A stretch of 64,000 nucleotides of DNA, from positions 64,001 through 128,000 of the forward strand of contig CBDCEW010000099.1 of NCBI GenBank assembly GCA_965215885.1, read 5' to 3'. Positions 18,732-28,037 of this stretch are shown here, one piece after another. Under the pieces are notes generated by a model that saw nothing but the letters and a program-made list of their open reading frames with translations, was not told where the DNA came from and made no database searches. The position numbers and the translations under genes are program-made. Every line of letters begins with the position of its first letter. Within the stretch, counting starts at the first letter, position 1. The DNA is from Candidatus Moanibacter sp. GTDB lineage: Bacteria > Verrucomicrobiota > Verrucomicrobiia > Opitutales > UBA2987.

Positions 18732-20648
18732 GACCCCATTCGAAAAGCCTTTCGAGCGGGCGGTTTAAGGTTCTCCGCCACGGGCGGACCAGCCTATGGC
18801 TGGCAGGTTTCGGGTTTTAGGCTGCCGGCGCTGCCGATGAGCAGGTATTGAGCGGCCATCGGCGTGGCTTGCTGCACAATACGTATATTTGCCGCTGTCT
18901 GGAGGCATACTCATCCCGTGGTGCTTTTTTCTCTGAGCTTCAAAGCGGTCAGATTCAGGCTGCCTGTTCCAGTTCCTCCCCTCGGCGTTTCTTCATCAGT
19001 ATGATGCGGCAGAAGTTGTAGGCCAGAACCTTCTCGAGCAGTTCATCGCCTACCGCATCGATGCCGCGGCGGCCGAGTTCGCCAAAGGCAAATCCATCTT
19101 TAATCGTGAACATCAGCGACTCCACTGCGGAGCGATCGCGGCGTGCCTCGCGATACGCCTCGCTCTCCCAGTCCTCGGGGGTGGTCAACTTCTTGCCCTT
19201 CGCCCCACTGATACTGATCTGCTTTACCCCCATGCTCAGCACCTCCTTGCGTCCCTTCGCCGAAGCATATCCGTCATCGGTGCTGACCAGTTCAGCAATG
19301 ACACCGGTGCGCTTGATCGAATCGCCGATGGCCGGCGCCAGCTCAATGGAGTCTGCCGCATTGCCTTGCGGTACGATCAGGCTGGTGACAAAACCGTTTT
19401 CGCTGCGAACCAGTTGTGGCTTGTACCCGATCACTGGATTGCGGCTGCCCTTCTTGATGTAGGCCGCCGATCCGTCCGAGAGGCTCAGGACCTTCTGTGT
19501 GGACGGTAGCTTCTTTTCGTGAAACACCCGATCATGAGCATACTCAACAACCCGCTTGGCGTCGGCAATATCGCCCCTGATCTGGCTCAATGCCCGCTCC
19601 AGAAGCTCCCGGCGAGTGGGAGGCAGTGAATCCATCGACAGGCCCTCTTCAAGATGGCTCAGTTCCCCCGTTAGTGAGTCGGCCGCCTTGCGGCCCCGCT
19701 TGAGCAACCGCCGGTAGTGTTTCTTCAGCTTGCCCTTCGACTTCGGTTTGCCCGCGGCCAGACAAATCTGAAACTCCAGCTTGTCCATTTCCTCCAGCCA
19801 ACGCCCAACCCATCCCTTGCGAAAATCCTCCAGCCCGAAGACATGCAACTTCTGACCCAAACGATTGGCCCGCATCAAAAGACCGCTCAGAATCTTCCCA
19901 TCGGTGGGCCAGCAGCTGTTTGCTTTCACCGAGGTGCTGTCGATCGTCAGCTTCCCGAAATCGTCCCATTGCTCCTGGAGGATAAACCCAATCTGTTTAT
20001 CAAAGATCAACTCGCGGGTCGTATGGCTGACCAGGTTCACGTTCTCCAGAATCGTCGTCACCGCCGGCATTCTCAGTCCCCCGCTCTGCAAAAATCCGTA
20101 CAAGCTCATCGACTCGCGCACAAACCGCCGTGCCGGTTTCGTGGTCAACGAACCCAGAAACCCTCGAATCATCACGAACACGTATACCGCATAAGCCGGC
20201 ATCCGCGGCCGGCCTGCCCCAAGATTCAATTCAGCAGCCAGAATATTCTCCTCCTCGATGTCCAGCTCCGGCAGCTCCGCTGTGCGCCCTTCAAAGAACC
20301 TGCGATCTTCCAATCGAAGTTTCTTCTTCTCACGCGCATGGGCGTCCAGATCCTTCTCGATCGCCTCGATGATTTGCGCCGCGAACCCGGCCAATTCTTC
20401 AACTTCATCCAGAAAATCACGGAAATCCGTGTCTGGAACCGGCAGAATGAGGTTGCTAAGGGGCGTCTTATCGCTTTTGTTCTCCTCTGTCGCACATGTT
20501 GGCATGTTTAACTCCTTTCTTAATCTTAGGTTGTTAAACACTAGCATGTAGCGACACTTTTTATCAAGCCACAAAATGATTTTTCTCAAGTTTTTCTTGC
20601 GCCTTTTGCGCCTCTTTGCGGCCAATCAGTAGCTTTTCGGATAAGGTC
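18732..20648 (-). mobile_element. IS5/ISNCY-like DDE insertion sequence (about 1.9 kb)
   Basis: IRs GACCCCATTCGAAAAGC and GACCTTATCCGAAAAGC, flanked by TA on both sides (TTAG...CTAG context). Confidence 0.85.
18955..20505 (-). CDS. DDE transposase (IS5/ISNCY-like)
   Basis: ATG 20505 with AAGGAG RBS; GAGRP, TIDSTSVKAN..WPTD, STDDGYAS, RSAVESLM..IK motifs. Confidence 0.88.
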   Translation of the reverse strand: MPTCATEENKSDKTPLSNLILPVPDTDFRDFLDEVEELAGFAAQIIEAIEKDLDAHAREKKKLRLEDRRFFEGRTAELPELDIEEENILAAELNLGAGRPRMPAYAVYVFVMIRGFLGSLTTKPARRFVRESMSLYGFLQSGGLRMPAVTTILENVNLVSHTTRELIFDKQIGFILQEQWDDFGKLTIDSTSVKANSCWPTDGKILSGLLMRANRLGQKLHVFGLEDFRKGWVGRWLEEMDKLEFQICLAAGKPKSKGKLKKHYRRLLKRGRKAADSLTGELSHLEEGLSMDSLPPTRRELLERALSQIRGDIADAKRVVEYAHDRVFHEKKLPSTQKVLSLSDGSAAYIKKGSRNPVIGYKPQLVRSENGFVTSLIVPQGNAADSIELAPAIGDSIKRTGVIAELVSTDDGYASAKGRKEVLSMGVKQISISGAKGKKLTTPEDWESEAYREARRDRSAVESLMFTIKDGFAFGELGRRGIDAVGDELLEKVLAYNFCRIILMKKRRGEELEQAA

Positions 20649-20652
20649 TAGA

Positions 20653-21285
20653 ATGAGAATATCGATGGCAATCGAGGAAACTCTGGCACGAGACACTGCT
20701 GAGAATCTTAGCGCTACGGATGAGGACCTGGCCTATGTGCGCCGGGTGCAGGGTGGCGATGTGGCCGCTTTTGATCATCTCGTTCTCAAATATCGAGAGC
20801 GGCTCTTTTCTATCATATACAACCTCACTTCGAACCGAGAGGATGCGGCTGATCTCACGCAGGAGTCTTTCATCAAGGCATTTCGCTCCATGAAGCGATT
20901 TAAAGAGAAGGCGTCCTTTTTTACCTGGCTCTACCGCATCGCAATTAATGCCACGCTGACCCATTTGAAACGGAACAGGCTGCGACGATTCTTCAGCTTC
21001 GAGAATATTAACGAGGAGGTCAGCTCGTCCGAGATCATTGAAGCGCTTGCCGTCCGAACCAATTCCGACAAGTCCACCCTGCTTAGTGAATTGCAGGAAA
21101 AATTGAACGAAGCGCTGCACAAATTGTCTCCTAAACATAGGACGGTTGTGGTCCTTTTCGAGATTGAGGGTCTCAGCCACCACGAGATATCCGATATTAT
21201 GAAGTGTTCGGTGGGGACTGTGCGATCGCGTCTGCATTACGCGAAGCAGCAGCTGCAGGCATATTTGCAGGATTATTTGGATTAG
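20653..21285 (+). CDS. ECF sigma-70 factor (RpoE/SigW-like), module 1
   Basis: DAADLTQESFIKA, FFTWLYRIAIN, GLSHHEISDIM...GTVRSRLHYAK. Confidence 0.93.
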   Translation: MRISMAIEETLARDTAENLSATDEDLAYVRRVQGGDVAAFDHLVLKYRERLFSIIYNLTSNREDAADLTQESFIKAFRSMKRFKEKASFFTWLYRIAINATLTHLKRNRLRRFFSFENINEEVSSSEIIEALAVRTNSDKSTLLSELQEKLNEALHKLSPKHRTVVVLFEIEGLSHHEISDIMKCSVGTVRSRLHYAKQQLQAYLQDYLD

Positions 21286-21300
21286 GATATCGATTTCCGC

Positions 21301-21873
21301 ATGTCCGATTTTTCAAGAGATTCGAAAAGCAAGATCACTCTGGAGGAGATCCTTAAGCTCAAGCGAAAGGAGAGACCACCGGCCGAATTTTGGGAGGCGT
21401 TCGATCGCGATCTGCGGCGCAGAACTCTACAGGCACTGGTTAACGATGAGCCTTGGTACGGCCGCTACTTGGGATCGGCTTTGGGCCGAATTCTCGCTGC
21501 CATTCCGTTGTCGGCTGCAGTAGTAGCAACTTTAGGTTTCATAATCTATCAGAATAGTGTTAACCTCGCGGAAAGGCTGCCACCTCCCACAAATACTCAT
21601 AAGCCACAGTATGCTTCTCGGATCGTTCATGATGAACCCGGTTTGAAGAGCTCCCAAAGGCTCAGTATAGCGGAAGCCTCTCGTATGCAGGTGGAATTTG
21701 TCATCGATGTCATCCCCATTCCGCGGGACAATAAACTCTCCTATGAAAAGGTGATGGCGCCGCAGACATTTACAGCCTACTCAATGGCAAGGGGCGACCC
21801 GGCGAGATATTCAATGGGAACTGCTTCACCGGATGTTCACTTTGTTTCGGCCCCATCGCTGGAGTATTTTTAG
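21301..21873 (+). CDS. Putative anti-sigma factor, single transmembrane segment
   Basis: 15 bp after the sigma gene; small cytoplasmic N-domain (LEEILKLKRKERPPAEFW), one hydrophobic helix, extracytoplasmic tail. Confidence 0.65.
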   Translation: MSDFSRDSKSKITLEEILKLKRKERPPAEFWEAFDRDLRRRTLQALVNDEPWYGRYLGSALGRILAAIPLSAAVVATLGFIIYQNSVNLAERLPPPTNTHKPQYASRIVHDEPGLKSSQRLSIAEASRMQVEFVIDVIPIPRDNKLSYEKVMAPQTFTAYSMARGDPARYSMGTASPDVHFVSAPSLEYF

Positions 21874-21883
21874 GAGCGGAGCA

Positions 21884-22995
21884 ATGAGGATAAGCCATAG
21901 TCGGTTACAGTTGCTGCTTCTTTTTTTTTGATTTTGCGGTCGATTACATTCGCTCAAAGCGAAGGTGATTTCTTAAGTCTTCAGCGCCGCATTATTGAAG
22001 TATACAAGGAGAACAGACCGGCAGTGGTGCGCGTTAATGCGGCCTATCCCAATGCCGGAGAAGATGGAAAGACCCTGGTCAGGATCGGCAGCGGTTTTTT
22101 TATAAGCCGGGAAGGCCACGTTCTAACCAATGCAAATTCGACGGCGGGTGCGGAGCGAATCTGGTTGGTCCATGAGAAGATATCCTATGCGGCGGAGCTA
22201 ATCGGCAGCGATGCCTACACTAATGTTTCGTTGTTGCGTATTTTGACCCTCCCTGAGAGCTTCAGCTTCCTGCACCTGACCGATTCACCGGAAGTGCCAC
22301 CGATCGGCACGATGGTGCTGCGCATTAGCGCACTCCTTGAATTTGAGCCGAGTCCCTATTTGGGGCTCGTGACGGGGACGGAGAGTCGATTCGGCAACAA
22401 TCTCTTTCCAGTCCCTCATATTAGAACGAACATCCCGGGCGGTTGGGGTGAAGGGGGAGCGCCACTTCTCGATCTCAACGGGAAGCTGATCGGAATAATG
22501 GTGGCAGCCTTACCACCTGAGGTGCAGGGTTCGTATTCATTGCCGGCGAGAGCGGCCTTGCGCATCCGCGATGACCTTCATTTCTCGGGCAAGATAACCT
22601 ATGGCTGGATCGGAATCCAGGTTGAACCACTCACTTCCACAAAAAACGGATCGCAGGTGAAGATTGGAGAGGTCATTGGAGAAACACCAGCCGCGAAAGC
22701 AGGTTTGCTCTCCGGTGATGTCCTTTTGCGACTTGGCGATAATGATATCAATGAGGTGAGTGATGTGAGCAAGACAGTCTTTTACCTTCGTGATGGACAG
22801 TTTGTCGCCATTACGGTGAGAAGGGACGGTCAGACGCTTGACTATACAGTACCGGTCATTGCGCGTCCTGATGCGGAACCATTTGATGGTCTGGCGCCAC
22901 CGCAGCAGGAGGGACTTTCGGCGTCGGCAAGAGCGGATCCCGAACAGGTCCCGGACGGCGACTCACCAATAATTGAAGAAGACCTCGAACCGTAG
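21884..22995 (+). CDS. HtrA/DegP-like trypsin-fold plus PDZ protein, catalytically degenerate; 5' frame broken at a T9 tract
   Basis: GSGFFIS, GAPLLDLNGKLIGI, PDZ YGWIGI...TPAAKAGLLSGD. ATG 21884 follows AGGAG but meets TGA at 21929-21931; the long frame begins at TTG 21928. Confidence 0.8.
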
Positions 22996-23000
22996 CGAAG

Positions 23001-24386
23001 ATGAGAATAGAACGTGATTCCATGGGAGAGATGGAAGTGCCCGAGGATGCCCTTTATGGCGCCTCAACACAGCGCGCTGTCCTTAATTTTCCCATCAGTG
23101 GCCACCAGATGCCAGTCGGCTTTATTGAAGGGCTCGCCCTGGTCAAGAGCGCCTGTGCCACTGCCAATGAAGAGTTGGGGCGACTGTCTCACGAAAAGGC
23201 CGAACTTATTCGCGTTGCGGCACAGGAGGTGGCGGATGGAAAGCTGGGAGCACACTTCCCGGTCGATGTATTTCAGACTGGTTCCGGGACCTCGACAAAT
23301 ACGAATTTCAATGAAGTCATTGCGAATCGGGTCAGCCAGATGACCGGTAAACCGATCGGTTGCAAGGAGCCGGTGCATCCCAACGACGATGTCAATATGG
23401 GCCAATCGTCCAATGATATCGTTCCGACCGCGCTGCACGTTAGTGTAGCGATGGCTCTTGAGGCGAAACTCACACCGTCTCTTTCGTATCTTGAAGCGGC
23501 CTTGACAGAAAAGGCGAATGCCTGGCGAGAAATTGTCAAAATAGGCCGCACCCATTTGATGGACGCCACCCCACTCACACTCGGGCAAGAGTTTTCGGGA
23601 TATAGTGCCCAGATTCGGAAGAGCGCAGATCGGGCGCACAGAGCTGTAAAAGCTCTTCGTGAATTGGCCATAGGTGGAACCGCCGTGGGAACCGGCATAA
23701 ACACTCATCCTGAGTTTTCCGCAAAGGTCTGCGCTCTACTCTCGGAAAAGACGGGTATTTCTTTTCGGGAGGCAGAGAACCATTTCGAAGCGCAGGCGGG
23801 GCGCGATGATGCCGTTGAAGTGGCAGGTCTGTTAAATACGATCGGCGCGAGTCTGACGAAAATTGCGAACGACATACGAATGCTCGGATCGGGACCTCGC
23901 TCCGGTTTGGGAGAACTATCCCTTCCCTCAACCCAGCCCGGCTCTTCCATCATGCCGGGCAAGGTCAACCCTGTGATGAGCGAAATGCTTGTCCAGGTAT
24001 CCAGCTATGCGATGGGCTTGTGTCATGCCGTCACCCTGGGGGGGCGAGATGGCCATTTCGAACTCAACGTAAACATACCGCTGATTGCCTACGCTCTTCA
24101 TGAGACGATAAACTGTCTGAGCAGCGGGGCTCGAGTCTTTGCCGAGCGCTGCGTCGTGGATATTGAACCCAATGAAGAAAAGTGCAGGGAGCTGGTGAAT
24201 CGGTCTCTCATGCTGGTAACCGCTTTGAATCCTTATATCGGTTACGATAAGGCTGCCGAGGTCGCTAAGACGGCGTTAGCTGAAAATAAGACCCTTCGTG
24301 AGGTCATTTTGGAGAAGGGTCTCCTCGACGAGGAAACTCTGGATAAGGCGCTTGATCCGACGGAAATGACTGAGCCGAAAGGTTGA
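23001..24386 (+). CDS. fumC: Class II fumarate hydratase
   Basis: RIERDSMG, FQTGSGTSTN, HPNDDVNMGQSSND, GRTHLMDATP, GSSIMPGKVNP. Confidence 0.95.
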   Translation: MRIERDSMGEMEVPEDALYGASTQRAVLNFPISGHQMPVGFIEGLALVKSACATANEELGRLSHEKAELIRVAAQEVADGKLGAHFPVDVFQTGSGTSTNTNFNEVIANRVSQMTGKPIGCKEPVHPNDDVNMGQSSNDIVPTALHVSVAMALEAKLTPSLSYLEAALTEKANAWREIVKIGRTHLMDATPLTLGQEFSGYSAQIRKSADRAHRAVKALRELAIGGTAVGTGINTHPEFSAKVCALLSEKTGISFREAENHFEAQAGRDDAVEVAGLLNTIGASLTKIANDIRMLGSGPRSGLGELSLPSTQPGSSIMPGKVNPVMSEMLVQVSSYAMGLCHAVTLGGRDGHFELNVNIPLIAYALHETINCLSSGARVFAERCVVDIEPNEEKCRELVNRSLMLVTALNPYIGYDKAAEVAKTALAENKTLREVILEKGLLDEETLDKALDPTEMTEPKG

Positions 24387-24409
24387 AGACCTTTTTTCCG
24401 CTTTTTTCG

Positions 24410-24675
24410 ATCAGCTTCTGTGGGCCGTTCAGGAAAACTCGGAGGCACTCCTTCTCCATTGGCGTTTGGAAGCCGCTAATAATTGTGCGATTTTTTGAGC
24501 GGAGTATGTGGGCATAGTGGTCGGTTTCCACAATAATCACTCCCGGGCACTTGCGGGAGCAGAAAAGCGCGAGTTTGTTTGAGGACAGGATCTCGGGATT
24601 ACCGATGTAATCGATGGCCTGCGCCGCGCCACCGGCAGATCCTGTGGTCAATGGGTCTCTCGTAAGAGTATTCAA
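24410..24675 (-). pseudogene. Truncated DprA/SLOG-like gene fragment
   Basis: IGNPEILSSNKLALFCSRKCPG...IISGFQTPMEKECLRVFL; similarity then stops and the frame runs antisense into the fumC 3' end. Confidence 0.55.
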
Positions 24676-25658
24676 CTCTGTCTAGTTGCGAGCTGATTGT
24701 AAATCCACTGGTAGGTAACTTCCAGACCCTCAGACAGCCGCGTTTGTGGTTCCCAGCCCAAGGCCGACTTTATCAGAGTATTGTCACTGTTGCGGCCGGT
24801 GACCCCTTTCGGTGCGTCGAGATTGTAGCGCCGTTTAAGCCGGGTTCCAGCGATCGACTCAACGATATCCACGAGCCCGTCTATTGTCACCAATTCACTG
24901 CTCCCGAGGTTGATGGGATCCTGGAAGTCGCTCCTGATGAGTCGGTCCATCCCTTCCAGGCAATCATCGATATATGTGAAACTTCGAGTCTGCTTGCCGT
25001 CACCCCAGATTTCGATCTCGTCTGTGCCGTCAAGCTTTGCCGTGATCACTTTTCGACAAATCGCGGCCGGCGCCTTTTCTCGGCCTCCATCCCAGGTTCC
25101 GTTGGGACCGTAAACATTGTGTAGACGCGCTACCGCGACATCGATTCCAAAGTCTTCGTGAAAGTGGCGACACATTCGCTCACTGAAGAGTTTCTCCCAG
25201 CCGTAACCGTCTTCCGGCATGGCTGGATAGGCGTCGGTTTCTTTGAGCGGTACAACTTTCGGAGAAGTCTGTTTTTCCGCGGCGTAGACGCAGGCAGAAG
25301 AGGTATAGAAAAACTTACGCACTTTGGAGTTTTCGGAGGCCAGGAGAAGCTGGGTATTGATAAGGCTACTCAACATGCAGAGTGCCTTGTTATTCTCTAT
25401 AAATCCCATTCCTCCCATGTCGGCGGCCAGGTTGAATACGATGTCGATGCCGTCTGTCGCTGTTTCACAGGCTTCTTTCTCCTGTAGATCGAGCACAACA
25501 TTTTCGGCCTCGGGGAATCGCTGATACCACTGTTCAAGCGGTTTGCTATCGACTGCTCGAACGTTCCCAAAGCCTTTTTGGAAAAGATTCTTAACGAGGT
25601 GACCTCCGATAAAACCACCCGCTCCCGCAACCAGCACTGTTTCTCTTTGATCCACCAT
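24672..25658 (-). CDS. NAD-dependent epimerase, GDP-mannose 3,5-epimerase-like
   Basis: GAGGFIG, NLAADMGGMGFI, SSACVY, YGWEKL, GGREKAPAAICRK, GRNSDN. Confidence 0.88.
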   Translation of the reverse strand: MVDQRETVLVAGAGGFIGGHLVKNLFQKGFGNVRAVDSKPLEQWYQRFPEAENVVLDLQEKEACETATDGIDIVFNLAADMGGMGFIENNKALCMLSSLINTQLLLASENSKVRKFFYTSSACVYAAEKQTSPKVVPLKETDAYPAMPEDGYGWEKLFSERMCRHFHEDFGIDVAVARLHNVYGPNGTWDGGREKAPAAICRKVITAKLDGTDEIEIWGDGKQTRSFTYIDDCLEGMDRLIRSDFQDPINLGSSELVTIDGLVDIVESIAGTRLKRRYNLDAPKGVTGRNSDNTLIKSALGWEPQTRLSEGLEVTYQWIYNQLATRQS

Positions 25659-25674
25659 GAAAACCGCTCGTGAT

Positions 25675-26538
25675 TTACCGTTCCAGGGGGTATTCTTTCA
25701 AGCCCGTAATCTGGGTGAAGACGCGGTATAGAAAGAGTGGATTATTCTTCAAATACCGTTTCCAGAGCCGGCGTGGTTCGAGGCTGAGGCGAAAGAGCCA
25801 TTCAAAGCCCGAGCGCTGTATCCATCGGGGAGCCTGTTTCATCTTTTTTGCATGAAAATCAAATGCCGCGCCCACCCCTATCATCAACGTAGTCTTCAAT
25901 TTGTGGAAATGTTCCGCCATGAAACGCTCTTGTTTTGGGGTGCTCAGACCCACCCAGAACAAGTCGGGTTTTCGGTCCTCCAGAAGTCGCATAAGATTCT
26001 CTTCTTCCTTCTTGTTGAGGGGACGGAAAGGTGGAGTGTAGTGCCCGGCGATCTGCATTTTGGGAAAACGCTCCATGAGATTGGAGGTCAATTTTTCAAC
26101 GACTCCGGGTCCTCCACCGTAAAAGAAGTGCCGAAATGAAGTACCTTCCGTGGACCGGCAGATATCAAGCATCAGATCCGGACCGTAGACACGGTCAACT
26201 TGATTTCCAAATTGACGTCTGCCCAACCAGACGAGCGGCATGCCGTCCGGAGTATTGAGAAGGGCCCGATTCAGAATACGACGAAACTCCGGATCGGACT
26301 GGGCTTCACTGACCCCGTGCACACCGGTTACACAGACATAGCCCTTCTTACCTTCTTCGAGCGCGGAGAGCATGGCCTGCCGAGCGGAATCAAGGTTAAG
26401 CACCCCTACGCCGACTCCAAGTACATTGAATCGTTTATTCTCGGAAATTTCCCTTTGCACTTCAGATATGGAGGATTTTTCGATATATATAGCACCTGTG
26501 TCTGGAATTGTGAAAGTTCTTTCGTCTACTTCAGTCAC
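25675..26538 (-). CDS. WecG/TagA/CpsF family glycosyltransferase
   Basis: PDGMPLVW, RVYGPDLM, VGLSTPKQE, VGAAFDF, EWLFRLSLEPRRLWKRY. Confidence 0.92.
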   Translation of the reverse strand: MTEVDERTFTIPDTGAIYIEKSSISEVQREISENKRFNVLGVGVGVLNLDSARQAMLSALEEGKKGYVCVTGVHGVSEAQSDPEFRRILNRALLNTPDGMPLVWLGRRQFGNQVDRVYGPDLMLDICRSTEGTSFRHFFYGGGPGVVEKLTSNLMERFPKMQIAGHYTPPFRPLNKKEEENLMRLLEDRKPDLFWVGLSTPKQERFMAEHFHKLKTTLMIGVGAAFDFHAKKMKQAPRWIQRSGFEWLFRLSLEPRRLWKRYLKNNPLFLYRVFTQITGLKEYPLER

Positions 26539-26639
26539 TTCCTAGAAGCGTGCAAGAGGGCGGCTGACCTATTCACGATTCTGAAAGACGGACAGACGGT
26601 AGGTAGCGGTAAGATGAGCGAGACTGCCAGGAGTCCGGC

Positions 26640-26668
26640 TTGACTTAAGCATGGTATTGGATTATCCT
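26640..26668 (+). promoter_or_regulatory. Putative sigma-70 promoter for the pilin gene
   Basis: TTGACT-17 bp-TATCCT, ending 46 bp before the ATG. Confidence 0.45.
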
Positions 26669-26714
26669 GTCCAACTGAATTATAGAATCTTGAGTCTGGA
26701 TATTTGATTGTATT

Positions 26715-27188
26715 ATGGGGAACTCCCGTTTTTCCCGCCGCTACGGATTCACACTTGTGGAGATCATGATTGTCGTCGTGATCTTAGGCCTTCTGGCGTC
26801 GCTCGCCTTACCCGCCTATCAAAAAGTGAGACGCAAGGCACAGAATGCAACTTTCATCGGAGAAATGAGAACCTTCGCGGGTGCCGCGGAAACTTATATG
26901 CTGGAGACCGGTAGTTATCTTGAGGACTCCGGCAGCGGCGCAGTGCCCAGTGGCTTCGGGGATTATATTTCGGTCGGGAAATGGACAAACGGCACGCCCC
27001 TCGGTGGTGTTTGGGATATGGAGTTGGACTCCTTTGGCATAAAGGCGGGATTTGGAGTCCATGGGCCGATTGCTCCAAAAGAGCAATTGGAGGAAGTCGA
27101 CGAGGATTTTGATGATGGCGATCTTTCAACGGGCAAGTTTCGCCAGATTGCCGCTGATCGCTATTACTATATCCTCGAGGATGTTTAG
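26715..27188 (+). CDS. Type IV pilin/pseudopilin-like prepilin
   Basis: Class III signal RRYG|FTLVEIMIVVVILGLLASLALPAY. Confidence 0.9.
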   Translation: MGNSRFSRRYGFTLVEIMIVVVILGLLASLALPAYQKVRRKAQNATFIGEMRTFAGAAETYMLETGSYLEDSGSGAVPSGFGDYISVGKWTNGTPLGGVWDMELDSFGIKAGFGVHGPIAPKEQLEEVDEDFDDGDLSTGKFRQIAADRYYYILEDV

Positions 27189-27256
27189 AACCTGTCTTTG
27201 CGAGACTGGGCCTGATTAGCGTGCCGGGTAGAAAGCTTTTGGACGATCTACTTTGT

Positions 27257-28024
27257 ATGCGTTTTCAAACCTGCGCATTCTGTCTGATCAGTTCTGCTTT
27301 GCTCTATGGTGGCTGTCGCGGCAAGCCCGTCGATTTGGTCTCAGAGGAGCAGGAGAAACATTATCTGCGCGGGAAGAGCCTTCTGAAGGAAGGGAGGAAA
27401 CAGGAGGCACTGAGCGCCTTTCTTCGAGTCATCGAAAAGCGCTATGATGCGGCGGAATCTCATCTGGAAACCGGGCAGCTCTACCTCAACCATATAAGGG
27501 ACCCCATTGCGGCCATTTTCCACTTTCGCAAGTATCTTGCCTTGAAACCGGATTCACCGCAGGCGGGTTTGGTTCGCCAGCTAATCGACACCGCGAAGAA
27601 GGAATTTGCGCGGACCTTGCCCGCGAAGCCCTTTGAAAACGAGTTGGAGCGGCTCGATCTGATGGAACTCATAAATCAGGTGAAGTCGGAGAATCTGGTG
27701 TTGAAAAGACAGCTCCTCCAGGCAAAGCAAAGAATACGTGAGCTCTCTGAAAGCGGTGACCTCTCCTCGGAACACAATTTCGTTTCTGCCGCTGAGAATG
27801 CTCATGACATCGAAGGCGGAGACGAGAATTCTACTTCCGGGCAAATGAGTGGCAACGACCCGATTCCGGCAACTTATATTGTCCAACCTGGAGATAACTT
27901 GAATAGAATAAGCATCAAGGTATATGGTACTCCCGGGCGATGGATGGACATATACCAAGCCAATCGTGATCGTCTCGCGAGTCCTCATGATCTTAAAGTT
28001 GACCAAGAGCTTCGTCTCCCTTGA
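27257..28024 (+). CDS. TPR plus coiled-coil plus LysM lipoprotein
   Basis: Likely start ATG 27257 with lipobox LYGGC; TPR-like helices; C-terminal LysM YIVQPGDNLNRISIKVYG...IYQAN...ELRLP. Confidence 0.85.
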   Translation: MRFQTCAFCLISSALLYGGCRGKPVDLVSEEQEKHYLRGKSLLKEGRKQEALSAFLRVIEKRYDAAESHLETGQLYLNHIRDPIAAIFHFRKYLALKPDSPQAGLVRQLIDTAKKEFARTLPAKPFENELERLDLMELINQVKSENLVLKRQLLQAKQRIRELSESGDLSSEHNFVSAAENAHDIEGGDENSTSGQMSGNDPIPATYIVQPGDNLNRISIKVYGTPGRWMDIYQANRDRLASPHDLKVDQELRLP

Positions 28025-28037
28025 AAACGCACTCGTG

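Noticed and set aside
20506..20625. Basic N-terminal extension MAAKRRKRRKK of the transposase
   Set aside because: Comes from a short GCGCAAAAG-type repeat; ATG 20505 has a clear AAGGAG RBS
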